Shown here one piece after another: positions 11,201-20,307 of a stretch of DNA of 64,000 bases. This DNA is from an uncultured Solibacteraceae bacterium (GTDB lineage: Bacteria > Acidobacteriota > Terriglobia > Bryobacterales > Bryobacteraceae), in assembly GCA_963811575.1 (NCBI GenBank), contig CAWERY010000015.1, positions 8,325 to 72,324 on the forward strand. The letters run 5' to 3'. The notes under the pieces were generated by a model that saw only the letters and a program-made list of their open reading frames with translations, ran no database searches and had not been told where the DNA came from. Position numbers and translations under genes: made by a program. Position 1 is the stretch's first letter, and each line of letters begins with the position of its first letter.

Positions 11201-12148
11201 CGCCGCATCGAAGATCTGTAAGCCGGGCCACCCGCCGTAGAGCCAGAATCTGCCATTCGAATCTGGAGCCATGTACCAGAAGCTTGTTTCAACCTGTGGT
11301 TCGAAGCTTCCCGTATCCGGGTCGAAGCTCGCCAGGCCCCGCGGTACGTGCACCCATAGCTTCCCGCGATGGTCCCACGCCAGGGCGTTGTATACGTACT
11401 CTTTGTCGTTGGCGGTCTCGTTGGCACCACGGCCTCGAGCCTCCGGATACGCTTGGAAATGTTCCGTCGCCGGGTCGAAGCGGACCAGCCCGAAAGCCGT
11501 CCCCAGCCACACCTTCCCAGCCTGGTCTTCCTCGATCGCCCGTATTCCGCCGGGCGCTCCGTGCGTGATCCGCTCGCCCAGTTCGTACCCCTTGAAGCTT
11601 CCGCTCTTCGGATCGAAGTGATAGAGCACCGGTCCGTCCATGCCCAGCCAGAGCGACCCGCCCCGCTCGTCGTGCAGCGTTCGAATCGTCTGGCTTGCGC
11701 CCGCATCCCCGCTGCGGCCCGGTATTGGATAGCGCGTGATCTTGCCGCTGGCCGGCTCAAATCGCCCCAAGACACCGGCGGCGCCGATCCAAAGACCGCC
11801 GCGCCGGTCCTCGTACAATTGTCCGGGTGTCGTAACCGTGTGGAAGCGTCTCACCGGCACGTCACGGTAAGAGACCACCTGGTAGCCGTCGTACCGGTTC
11901 AAGCCGTCGGTTGTGCTGAACCAGATAAACCCCCGCCGGTCTTGCAGAATCTGAAATACGTATTCGTCCGGAATCCCGTCTGCCCCCGTGAGGTGTTCGA
12001 AGTGCAGTTGCGGGAACTCCACGGCGCGCGCCGTCAGCGCCGTCAACAACACACCGAACAGCCCCGCGAGTACCGCCAGACCCTTCAACCCAACCCTCTT
12101 TCCCGTCCAAATTTTGGCGTTAGCAAGGGCCGATGCGGCCGCGGTCAA
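8198..12148 (-). CDS. hybrid sensor histidine kinase/response regulator with periplasmic beta-propeller repeats and Y_Y_Y domain (HTCS-like, no DNA-binding domain)
   Basis: N-terminal TM helix. About 650 aa of two-component-regulator propeller repeats (GLWIGT/LWVGT...GL.RFDP). Y_Y_Y segment (YRFRLDGLEKDWTEA...YAFRVQA). Second TM helix. HisKA SHELRTPLNAILGF, HATPase GSGLGLTI, REC LVVDDE...MDVRMPVMDG...K. Ends with a ~100-aa unassigned C-terminal tail. Confidence 0.9.
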   Translation of the reverse strand: MTAAASALANAKIWTGKRVGLKGLAVLAGLFGVLLTALTARAVEFPQLHFEHLTGADGIPDEYVFQILQDRRGFIWFSTTDGLNRYDGYQVVSYRDVPVRRFHTVTTPGQLYEDRRGGLWIGAAGVLGRFEPASGKITRYPIPGRSGDAGASQTIRTLHDERGGSLWLGMDGPVLYHFDPKSGSFKGYELGERITHGAPGGIRAIEEDQAGKVWLGTAFGLVRFDPATEHFQAYPEARGRGANETANDKEYVYNALAWDHRGKLWVHVPRGLASFDPDTGSFEPQVETSFWYMAPDSNGRFWLYGGWPGLQIFDAASGKLTVQRQYKITKASAERDDGLGALLPDRDGGVWLNLRRSGGLDRYSPSYSRFGKFVPDPDDSSALSGAPVRGFSEDRAGKIWVSTGRGLNRFDPASGDFTHFQHDSEDPNSLDSDEVYSIYEDHSGAFWVGTYMGMGTFDREKGRYAQFRRSIDGREFTSLQQDRQGAWWVGNGNGSSYVLDKKTRTATLADRSGGFAMAEDHGGNLWFGSLPDGLRKLDTTGEVHRISLAQSAGIVSQGPIAVYSIREDAEGMLWLGTQAGLFRFDPKTEKSRQFTVRDGLPENAIMCALADDLGNIWMSTFQRGMSRLNLKEGRFYNYDASDGLQGNMYTSGSCYRARDGRLYFGGRAGFNAFVPREVLAGMTARPAVITDFQVNGRKVGDSGQAIWETDALDLSAEQKVFAFEFASLCYFHPRKTRYRFRLDGLEKDWTEADSGHRFARYTGIAPGNYAFRVQASLDGRTWSGEQSAIRLTLPPPWWNSGWSRSVALLTILTLIFGSHKLRVKRFELRERRLRKIVEERTSELEQARDQAEAASHAKSSFLANMSHELRTPLNAILGFSTLLREDATSEKQRQDLEIINRSGEHLLNLINDVLDVAKIEAGRQELDLTPCDLLDLVNDVTEMMGPRAGEKKLALLCVAPHDFPRYVWADAPKLRQVFINLLSNALKYTHEGRVILRLQGTEADEPGQLRLTFEVEDSGIGIAKEDHARIFDAFVQVHNRNGQKGSGLGLTITRKFVELMGGSIEVESTEGQGSIFRVKLPALAAKEPEVKTIADDAGRIAGVEAGQPVYRILVVDDEIENRLMLERILQEAGFQVRVAEDGAQGVEAFEEWRPDFIWMDVRMPVMDGIEATRRIRKLEGGGAVKIAAITASAYASERDIVMIAGMDDFLLKPYRRREILGCLARHLGVRYVYHDEAAAADEAKLLEALPENLRVDLTEALISLNGERITHTIGRIAEFDATLGERLTRRAARLSYTSILHDLGCLEAGSSAGSSG

Positions 12149-12675
12149 TCGGATCTATTATTTATCGCGGTATTTGTTCCCGCCCTGCTCGGGCCTGTGA
12201 CCAAAACTTGAAATTTATATTTGCCGTGTTATCAGCCATATAAAATTTCTTCTACCCCGGTACTCCGGTACGAGCGTGCTAACTTCTCCATCAGGTAGAG
12301 AGTTGCGCAAACCACAGCGCGGCTCCAACAGTTTTCATGCTGGCCAGCATAAGTTGACCTGAGGTGGTGCTGACTTCCTGTAAGCCCGTTAACGGCTAAA
12401 CGGTGGTTCCCCTACGTGGAGGAGACCGGCGGGAAGATCTTCGGTTCGAACCGATAATTTTCGGGGGACTGTCGCGGATAGCGTTTGATTGCCGCACCCC
12501 TGGATACAGAGACTGATTCCGCGAAACGAGTGGACGATCGAGAGGCCATCCAGCCGAGTTCTTACGTCTTCGTAGCGGGCAGTTAAATCACTGGCGGCCG
12601 GGCACGCACGGCGATAAGACCGAAAGCCCCCGGCCGCCGCAACTTCCTTACCCAACCCTAACGGGATACGTGTGC
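12149..12675. other. long intergenic region with dense palindromes and stems; candidate leader or ncRNA, class unknown
   Basis: No credible ORF. 10-bp GC stem GGCGGCCGGG (12592-12601) / CCCGGCCGCC (12630-12639). Palindromes ATGCTGGCCAGCAT, CCGTTAACGG, GAAGATCTTC, CGGTTCGAACCG. AT-rich stretch at 12205-12260. Confidence 0.3.
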
Positions 12676-13548
12676 CTATTTCATATCCATCGTCTTCTTC
12701 AACCAAGCGATCATTTCCGGCTTCCAGTGCTGCATCTCCGGCGCCTTCCAGCCGCTCATCCCGTGGCCGCCGCCCTCAATCGGAATCAGTTCGCAGGTGG
12801 CGCCTACCTTATGCATCGCATCGCACATTGCGGGCGATTGGTCGTACGAAACCTGGTCGTCTTTTGTGCCGTGAATGCACAAAAATGGTGCCATTCCTTT
12901 ATGAACGGCGAAAATGGGCGAGATGCTGTGCAATTTCGTCAGCCCCGCGGCGTCCAGTTGCTGCGCTTCAAAGAAGTGAATTCCACCGCCGTTCGCAGCG
13001 TGCCGGTTGATGCTCGTCATGTTGAATCGTTCCGGATGGTCGCGGCGCTCTTCGGCCAGCTTCCCGTAATCCACAGGGCCGTATAAATCCACCACCGCCC
13101 GCACACGCGTTGCCTTTTTCTCGTGAGTACCCGCGTAATTCACCAGAAAGCCCCCCGCCGATTCGCCGATTAACGCGATTCTCGAAGCGTCCACATGGTA
13201 CTTAGCGGCATTCGCCTTCAACCACAGAATCGCGCTCACCACGTCTTCGTTGGCCTGCGTGAACCGGAACTCCGGCGCCATCCGGTAGTCGATGCTGAAC
13301 CACGCGATTCCCGCGTTACTAAGAACATCGAACAGCGGGCGCACATTGGTGCTCTTGCTGCCTTCGTCGAAGCCGCCCCCGTGAATCAGGATGGCCGCGG
13401 GAAATGGTCCCGCACCGTCCGGTACGTGAAGGTCGAGTTTGACCGGCTTGCCGTCCGGACGCGCATACTCCACGTCCTTTTGATCGATTGCCGCTCCGAA
13501 CAAAGCTACCGTGCCCATGAGGGCCGTCAACAACAAGGAACACCGCAT
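12676..13548 (-). CDS. secreted alpha/beta-hydrolase (carboxylesterase/lipase, HSL-like)
   Basis: HGGGF oxyanion motif, GESAGG nucleophile elbow, HG..D and GGGH near the C-terminus. Signal peptide MRCSLLLTALMGTVALFGA starts from the internal Met at 13548. The ORF-track extension to 13665 is Arg-rich and unlikely to be translated. Confidence 0.8.
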   Translation of the reverse strand: MRCSLLLTALMGTVALFGAAIDQKDVEYARPDGKPVKLDLHVPDGAGPFPAAILIHGGGFDEGSKSTNVRPLFDVLSNAGIAWFSIDYRMAPEFRFTQANEDVVSAILWLKANAAKYHVDASRIALIGESAGGFLVNYAGTHEKKATRVRAVVDLYGPVDYGKLAEERRDHPERFNMTSINRHAANGGGIHFFEAQQLDAAGLTKLHSISPIFAVHKGMAPFLCIHGTKDDQVSYDQSPAMCDAMHKVGATCELIPIEGGGHGMSGWKAPEMQHWKPEMIAWLKKTMDMK

Positions 13549-13564
13549 GGACACCGATTGTATA

Positions 13565-13735
13565 TCAGCGGCCCATCGCCTGCGCGAATACCATGTGCAG
13601 CCTGCCCTCGCCCGATTCCTCTTCATGCAGCATCGCGATTCCACCAAGGGGCTGCGCGCCGCCACGAATCAATTCCCTCACGCGATCCTGAAGGTCACTA
13701 ATGTTCGTTGCCGTAACTACCTCGTAATCAGTCAT
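13565..13735 (-). CDS. small DUF1737-like protein
   Basis: MTDYEVVTATNISDLQDRVRELIRGGAQPLGGIAM... resembles the DUF1737 pattern (Y.VV.A.....L...VN.LI..GW.P.GG). Start taken at the internal Met. Confidence 0.45.
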   Translation of the reverse strand: MTDYEVVTATNISDLQDRVRELIRGGAQPLGGIAMLHEEESGEGRLHMVFAQAMGR

Positions 13736-13840
13736 GACCCCTTGCTCCACTCTCGCCAATGAACTGGATTTCACGGTTCACCTCCATCCGCAATTCAAGT
13801 GCAGGCCACTGGCCATTAGGAGTCATGTCACACTGAAAAC

Positions 13841-14287
13841 GTGCCCGATTCGGACTTTATACGCTGTCCCGCCTGCGGCGCCAATAATCGCGTCCCGGCC
13901 GAAAAAATTGCGCAGGGCCTTAAGCCCGTCTGCGGGCAATGCAAGGCACCCCTGCCGTTGGGCAATAGCCCCATCGTAGTCACCGATGCCACCTTTGCGG
14001 CACAAGTCGAGCGCTCGCCTTTGCCCGTGCTGATCGATCTCTGGGCGCCCTGGTGCGGACCTTGCCGCGCCGTCGCGCCCGCGGTGGAAGCCCTCGCCCT
14101 GGAAATGGCCGGACGCCTGCGCGTTGCCAAAATGAATGTGGATGACAACCCCGCCACCTCTGCCCGCTTCAACGTGCAGAGCATTCCGACTCTTCTACTG
14201 ATCAAGGCCGGACGCGAAGTCGATCGCCTCGTCGGCGCCCACCCCAAACAGGAAATCGCCCGCTGGCTGGCCCGCTCCGTTGGCTAG
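13841..14287 (+). CDS. trxC: thioredoxin 2 with N-terminal zinc-finger
   Basis: CPACGANN...CGQC zinc-ribbon followed by the WAPWCGPC active site and a thioredoxin fold. Its stop shares the palindrome CTAG (14284-14287) with the convergent gene. Confidence 0.9.
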   Translation: MPDSDFIRCPACGANNRVPAEKIAQGLKPVCGQCKAPLPLGNSPIVVTDATFAAQVERSPLPVLIDLWAPWCGPCRAVAPAVEALALEMAGRLRVAKMNVDDNPATSARFNVQSIPTLLLIKAGREVDRLVGAHPKQEIARWLARSVG

Positions 14288-15450
14288 TTGCCGTGGTATG
14301 AAATTCGCCAGATCTTCTTGGCGCCATCATCCGAGAGCAACAGGCTGCCGTCCGGCATCTGTGCCAGGGCCACCGGCCGTCCCCAGACCTCGGGCTTGTC
14401 CGGCGCCAGCATCCAACCCGTCGCGAAGTCGCGCGCCGGACCTGCCGGCTTGCCGTTCTTGAACGGCACGAAGGTGATCGAGTAGCCGACTCGCTGCGCC
14501 CTGCCAGACGAGCCGTGATTGGCCAGAAACGCGCCGTTGCGATACTCCGCCGGAAACTGCTTGCCGGTGTAGAACAGGAAGTCGAGTACGGCGACGTGGG
14601 TTTGCAAAACCACGTCCGGCACAATCGCCCGCCCCACCAGATCCTTGTGCTCTTCGGTGATTCGCGGGTCCAGGTTCGAGCCGATATACGAGTACGGCCA
14701 ACCATAAAAGCCGCCCTCGCGGATGTGCGTAAAATAGTCCGGCACCAGGTCGTCGCCCAGCCCGTCCCGCTCTTCCACGGTAGCCCAGACGTCGTCCGTT
14801 CCCGGATACATGCGCAGCCCCACCGGATTACGCAGGCCGCTCGCGTAGACTTCCCGGCCGCTCCCGTCCGGATTCATGCGATTGATCGCCGCCCGAATCT
14901 CCGGGTCGCCCGTCACCACGTTCGCCGAGGACCCGACCGCGAGATACAGTTTGTCGCCCTTGCGATTGAACAACACCGTGCGTGTCACGTGCCCCGCACC
15001 CATGCCCTTCATGGAGACGATCTCTTCCCCGGCGCCCGCCGTCATGGCCTTCGCATCGTAGGGATAGCGCTTCAATGAAGTCGTCTCCGCGACGTAAACG
15101 AAGTTCTTCCAGAAGGCGATGCCGTAAGGACGATCGAGATTTTCCAAAAGCTTTTTCTGCTGCTTGCCCGCCACTACCCACACGCTGCCCTTGGGCAGGA
15201 AATCGCTGACCAGGACCTCTCCGCCCGGCCCCACCGCCATGAAACGCGGGCGTTCGAAGCCCGAGGCGAACTCCTCGATCACGAATCCCTTGGGCATGTG
15301 GATCTCCGCGCCTTCCGGCCGCGCGATGATCTTCGGCGGATTGGCCGGCGCGGTAGCCGGCTTCGGGGCCGGAAGTTGCGGCGCGCTTTGCTGCCACGCC
15401 AGGCCGCTTACGGCCGCGCAAAGTGTGAGTAGATACAGGCGATGAATCAT
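14284..15450 (-). CDS. PQQ-dependent sugar (sorbosone/glucose) dehydrogenase-like beta-propeller, secreted
   Basis: Signal peptide MIHRLYLLTLCAAVSGLA. Motifs GLRNPVGL, ERDGLGDDLVPDYF, GGFYGWPY. Only the C-terminal 389 aa of the 641-aa ORF look coding. Confidence 0.8.
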   Translation of the reverse strand: MIHRLYLLTLCAAVSGLAWQQSAPQLPAPKPATAPANPPKIIARPEGAEIHMPKGFVIEEFASGFERPRFMAVGPGGEVLVSDFLPKGSVWVVAGKQQKKLLENLDRPYGIAFWKNFVYVAETTSLKRYPYDAKAMTAGAGEEIVSMKGMGAGHVTRTVLFNRKGDKLYLAVGSSANVVTGDPEIRAAINRMNPDGSGREVYASGLRNPVGLRMYPGTDDVWATVEERDGLGDDLVPDYFTHIREGGFYGWPYSYIGSNLDPRITEEHKDLVGRAIVPDVVLQTHVAVLDFLFYTGKQFPAEYRNGAFLANHGSSGRAQRVGYSITFVPFKNGKPAGPARDFATGWMLAPDKPEVWGRPVALAQMPDGSLLLSDDGAKKIWRISYHGN

Positions 15451-15571
15451 GGGAATGGCCGATCTTACCACGCCCCCACACCGGACCTGCCGGCTGTTAT
15501 ATACTTCCGGAAGCTGGGCATTAGCGGTATAGCAAGGGGATTTCCCGGCAAATCTGGGTCCATCGGGATGC

Positions 15572-18500
15572 GTGATGAAGCTGATTTGGGCGGGACTGCT
15601 GTTTGTTTGTGTGAACGCTAAGGCTAGCGACGGAGTGGACTTCTTCGAAAAGAACGTCCGTCCCGTGCTGGTGCGGCAGTGCCTGGCTTGCCATTCCTCA
15701 CCCACTTCGCCGATGGGCGGATTGCGCCTCGATACCCGCGAAGGCATGCTCAAAGGCGGAGCGCGCGGTCCCGCGGTGGTCCCCGGCAAGCCGGCCGATA
15801 GCCTGCTGCTGCGCGCGGTGCGCCAGTCCGATTCGCTAAAGATGCCGCCTTCGGGGAAGCTCAAAGACGCCGACATCGCCGCGCTGGCGGAATGGATCGA
15901 AATGGGGGCGCCCTGGGGCGCGCCGGCCGCTACCAGCAACTCGGCCGCGCCCGCGAAAAAGTATTGGGCCTTCGTGCCGCCTGCCGAGCCCAAACTTCCC
16001 GACGTGCACAACGGGGCGTGGGCGAAATCGCCGATCGATCGCTTCGTGCTCGCCGCGCTCGAAGCCAAGGGATTGCAGCCCGCCGCCGCCGCCGACAAGC
16101 GCACGCTGATCCGGCGCGCCACCTTCGATCTCACCGGCCTGCCGCCCACCCCCGATGAAATTCGCGCGTTCCTGGAAGACTCGCGCGCCGATGCCTTTGC
16201 CCGCGTCATCGACCGCCTGCTGGCATCTCCGCACTATGGCGAACGCTGGGGACGGCACTGGCTGGACGTCGCGCGCTATGCCGATTCCAACGGTCTCGAT
16301 GAGAACCTGGTCTACCGCCACGCCTACCGCTATCGCGATTACGTGATTCAGGCCTTCAACAAAGACAAGCCTTACGATCTGTTCCTGAAGGAGCAACTGG
16401 CCGGCGATCTGTTGCCGGGTCCGGCGACCGATGCCGTGCAGTTTGAACGTTGGACCGCGACCGGCTTCCTTTCCCTGGGCGCGAAGATGCTGGCCGAAGA
16501 CGACCCGGTGAAGATGGAAATGGACATTGTCGATGAGCAGCTCGATACCACCGCGCGCACCTTCATGGGTCTGACCGTGGGCTGCGCCCGCTGCCACGAT
16601 CACAAGTTCGACCCGATTCCGCAGGCCGACTATTATTCGCTCGCGGGCATCTTCAAGAGCTCCAAGACCATGGAGAACTTCAACGTGGTGGCGCAATGGA
16701 ACGAATACGTTCTGGCGCCCGAAGCGGAACGCGAAAAGCTCAAGGAGCACAAGGCAAAGATCGAGGCCAAGAGCAAGGAAATGGGCCGCATCAGCGGCGC
16801 CGAAAACAAGAAGCTGATCACCGAGGCGCGCGAGCATGCGGGCGCTTACCTGCTGGCTGCCGAAGACGTGCTGCGCTACGAAGGCATTCACCTGCGCCCC
16901 GCAGCGGCGGGCGGCAAGGTTCCGGCCGGCGCGGTGCGGCGCGCGGCGGGCAGCTTCGATCGCGGGAATGCGCCGCGCACGCTCGAGAAGGAAAAGTCCA
17001 ACGCACCCAAAGGCGCCAAGGGACCTTTCTTCGCGGAGTACGATATTTCGGTCCCCGCGGCGGGCGATTATCAGGTCGATTTTCTCGAAGAAGAAGTGGG
17101 CGCGGGCACGGCGGATGTTCGGATCAACGGCGTTTTGGAACACGGCGGCAAGCGGCCCGTGGAAAATCGCGAAGCCTCGCCGGATGCCGGAGGGTGGAGC
17201 GTCACCGGCGTCTTCGCACTAAAAGCCGGCAGCAACACCATCCGGCTGGAACACAAATCGCGATTCCCTTATTTTGAAGCCCTGATGGTCAGCGCCTTCC
17301 CCCGGGGAACGACGGCGCCTCGCTCTGAGGTGCAGGTCAGCCGGCAATACGGCGTGAATCCGGGCTTCCTCAACGCATGGGTGGAAGAGCTGCGGCGATC
17401 CAAGGGTGCGCCGAATTCGGTGCTGTTCGCGTTGTTCGCTTATTCGGACAAAGGGACTCTGGCGGGCGACGCGCTGGCCGGCTGGACCTCGCCGGCGGCG
17501 GAGCGGTTCCGCGGGTTCCTGCCGCAGACTCGCGAACAACTCGCGGCGCGCTACCAGGAGCTCTTTTCGGAAGCCGATGCGGAGTGGCAGAAGGTGTTGA
17601 AAGAACGCGGCAACGCTCCCAAGGAAAAGGCGGAGCGCAACGCGGTGAAGCAGGAGGAAGGCCTGTCCGAATGCGGCGCTGGAGGCTTTCCGCGAGCTCT
17701 CGTACGCCAAGGCGGGGCCGTTCGCGGCGCCCGGCGATGCGCGGCAATACTATCCGCAGACGGCGCAGGATCAACTCGCCGCCATCGAAAAAGAGCGCAA
17801 GGAACTGGAAGCGGCGACGCCCGATCTTCCGCGCGCCATGGGAGTGCAGGAGAGCGCGAAGATCGCGAACCTGCCGATTCATCTGCGCGGCAGCCACTGG
17901 ACGCTGGGCGAAGAAGTGCCGCGGCGCTTCCCGCGAGCGATCGCGGGAGACAACCAGACGCCGGTTCCGGACGGGCAGAGCGGCCGCCTGCAACTGGCGG
18001 AGTGGCTGACCAGACCGGATCATCCGCTTACCAGCCGCGTGATGGCGAACCGCATCTGGCGCGGACACTTCGGCCGCGGCATCGTGCCCTCGATGGACAA
18101 TTTCGGACGCCTGGGCGAAGCGCCCACCAACCAGCCGCTGCTCGACTGGCTGGCGCTGCGCTTCGTGGAGCAGGGCTGGAGCATCAAGCAGATGCACCGC
18201 ACGATCATGCTCTCGAGCACCTACCAGATGAGCTCCAACTACGATGCGCACGCCGCGGAAGCGGACCCGGAGAACACCTTGCTGTGGCGCAACAGCCGCC
18301 GGCGGCTGGAGGCGGAAGCGATTCGCGACGCGGTGACCGCAGTCACCGGCGTGATCGATATGACCCCGGGCGGGACGATGTTGTCGCAGAAAGATCGCGA
18401 GTATGTGAGCAATACGTCACGGCGCGGCGGCGCGGATTACGATCTGCCGCGGCGCGCGGTCTATCTTCCGGTGGTGCGCAGTTCGATGTATGAAATGTTC

Positions 18501-18860
18501 CAGGCATTCGACCTGCCGGACCCTTCGACGCCGAACGGCGATCGCAATTCCACGGTGGTGGCGCCGCAGGCGTTGTTCCTGATGAACGCGACGCTGGTCT
18601 TGAAATCGACGCACGCCATGGCGGCCAAGCTGCTGGAAGAGAGCGGCGTGGACGATGCCGCGCGGGTGCGGGAGGTCTACGAGCGCGCGCTCGGAAGGCC
18701 GCCGGCGGCGAGCGATGTGGACCGCGCGCTCACCTTTGTGGCGCAGGTGGAGAAGGCGATGGAAGGCCGCGAAACCGATGCCGGCAAGCGCCATCTGTTT
18801 GCGTGGCAGAGCTTCTGCAAAGCGATGTTGTCATCCAACGAATTTATTTACGTGAATTGA
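15572..18860 (+). pseudogene. PSCyt1/PSCyt2(DUF1549)/PSD1(DUF1553) family protein, reading frame broken once (~17672)
   Basis: Signal peptide. Planctomycete cytochrome-c motif CLACHS. DUF1549 motifs (SPIDRFVLAALE, YGERWGRHWLDVARYADSNG). CARCHDHKFDP. After ...AVKQEEGLSE the conserved sequence continues in the +1 frame (AALEAFRELSYAKAGPF...IHLRGSHWTLGEEVPRRFP...SSNEFIYVN). Confidence 0.85.
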
Positions 18861-18869
18861 GGCGTTACT

Positions 18870-20307
18870 ATGAATCCGCACTGGAACTCGTACTTGAATC
18901 GCACGCTATCGCGGCGAGACTTGCTGCGCGCGAGCAGCACCGGCTTCGGCGCACTGGCGCTGGCGGGCCTGCTCGGCGAAAACCTAAATGCCGCGGAGAA
19001 CACGGTGGGCGGCGCCGCCGGGCCGCTGGCGGTGAAGGCGCCGCACTATCCCGCGCGCGCCAAGCGGGTGATCTTCCTCTTCATGCACGGCGGCCCTTCG
19101 CAGGTGGACACGTTCGATTACAAGCCGCTGCTCAAGCGCGATCACGGCAAGCCGCTGCCGTTCCAGCGGCCGAAGGTAGTCTCCAGCGAGACTTACAACC
19201 TGCTGAAATCGCCGTGGGAGTTCAAGCAGTACGGGCAGAGCGGGATGTGGGTCAGCGACCTGTTTCCGGAATTCGCCAAACGCGTGGACGATGTCTGTTT
19301 CATCAAGTCGATGTGGGGATCGAATTCGCGGCACGGCGGCGCGCTGCTGGAGTTGCACACGGGCAGTGACACGTTCGTGCGCCCCTCGATGGGTTCGTGG
19401 ATCACTTACGGGCTGGGCAGCGAGAACCAGAGCATGCCGGGTTTCATCACGATCTGCCCGACGCAGAGCCATGGCGGAGCCAACAATTACTCGTCGGGCT
19501 TCCTGCCCGCGCCGTATGCGGGCACGCCGATCGGCGCGGTGGGAATCAAGGCAAAGGACGCGCGCATTCCGTATATCGCGAACGCCGAAACGCCGAAGGA
19601 TATCCAGCGCATGGAGCTCGATTTCGCGCAGCACATGAATCGCGAACAATTGGAATCCACCGGCCCGGACGCGGCGCTGGACGGGCGCATCGAAGCCTTC
19701 GAACTCGCCTTCCGCATGCAGGCGGAGGCGCCGGGACTGCAGGATATTTCGGGCGAATCGGAAGCGACGCGCAAGCTGTACGGGCTGGACGACCGGGTTA
19801 CGGAGGACTTCGGCCGACAGTGCCTGATGGCGCGGCGGCTCAGCGAGAAGGGCGTCCGTTTCGTGCAGGTGAGCCACACCTATAAATGGGATCAACACGC
19901 CGACCTGCTGCGCGATCACGCGCAGAACGCGCGCGAAGTAGACAAGCCGATGGCGGGACTGTTGCAGGATCTAAAGGCACGCGGACTGCTGAAGGATACG
20001 CTGGTGGTATGGGGCGGGGAGTTCGGCCGCACGCCGACCGCGCAGGGTTCCGACGGGCGCGATCACAACCCCGAAGCGTTCACGTACTGGCTGGCCGGCG
20101 GCGGCGTGAAGGCCGGGACTGCAATACGGTTCGACCGATGATTACGGCTATTACTCGGTGGAGAACAAGGTTCATTTCCACGACCTGCACGCCACGATTC
20201 TGCACCTGCTCGGCCTGGATCACAAGCGGCTGACTTACCGCTACGCGGGACGCGATTTCCGTTTGACCGACGTACACGGCGAACTGGTGCAAGGCATCAT
20301 CGCGTGA
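18870..20307 (+). pseudogene. DUF1501 (sulfatase-like) protein with Tat signal, frame broken once (~20118)
   Basis: RRDLLRASSTGFGALALAG twin-arginine leader. The DUF1501 body ends ...[11 protein letters not shown], then continues in the +1 frame as [54 protein letters not shown]. The restored stop at 20305-20307 overlaps the next gene's GTG (GTGA). Confidence 0.85.

Noticed and set aside
12340-12480. tmRNA, tRNA or RNase P-like elements (CGGTTCGAACCG resembling a T-loop; minus-strand CCCGCCGGTCTCCTCCA resembling a tmRNA 3' end followed by GGGGAACC; GGGCTTACAG resembling the RNase P P4 3' strand)
   Set aside because: There is no 5-bp T-stem around a 7-nt loop and no acceptor pairing adjacent to a T-arm. 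No tag-peptide frame ending in ..AA-stop exists on either strand. The RNase P signatures GGAAAGTCCGG and ACAGAACCCGGCTTA are absent. The resemblances are short and probably coincidental.
15451-16209. N-terminal 252 aa of the 641-aa ORF 14284-16209(-)
   Set aside because: This part is antisense to the DUF1549 gene and is Ser/Arg/Ala-rich. A clean signal peptide and conserved dehydrogenase sequence begin at the Met at 15450.
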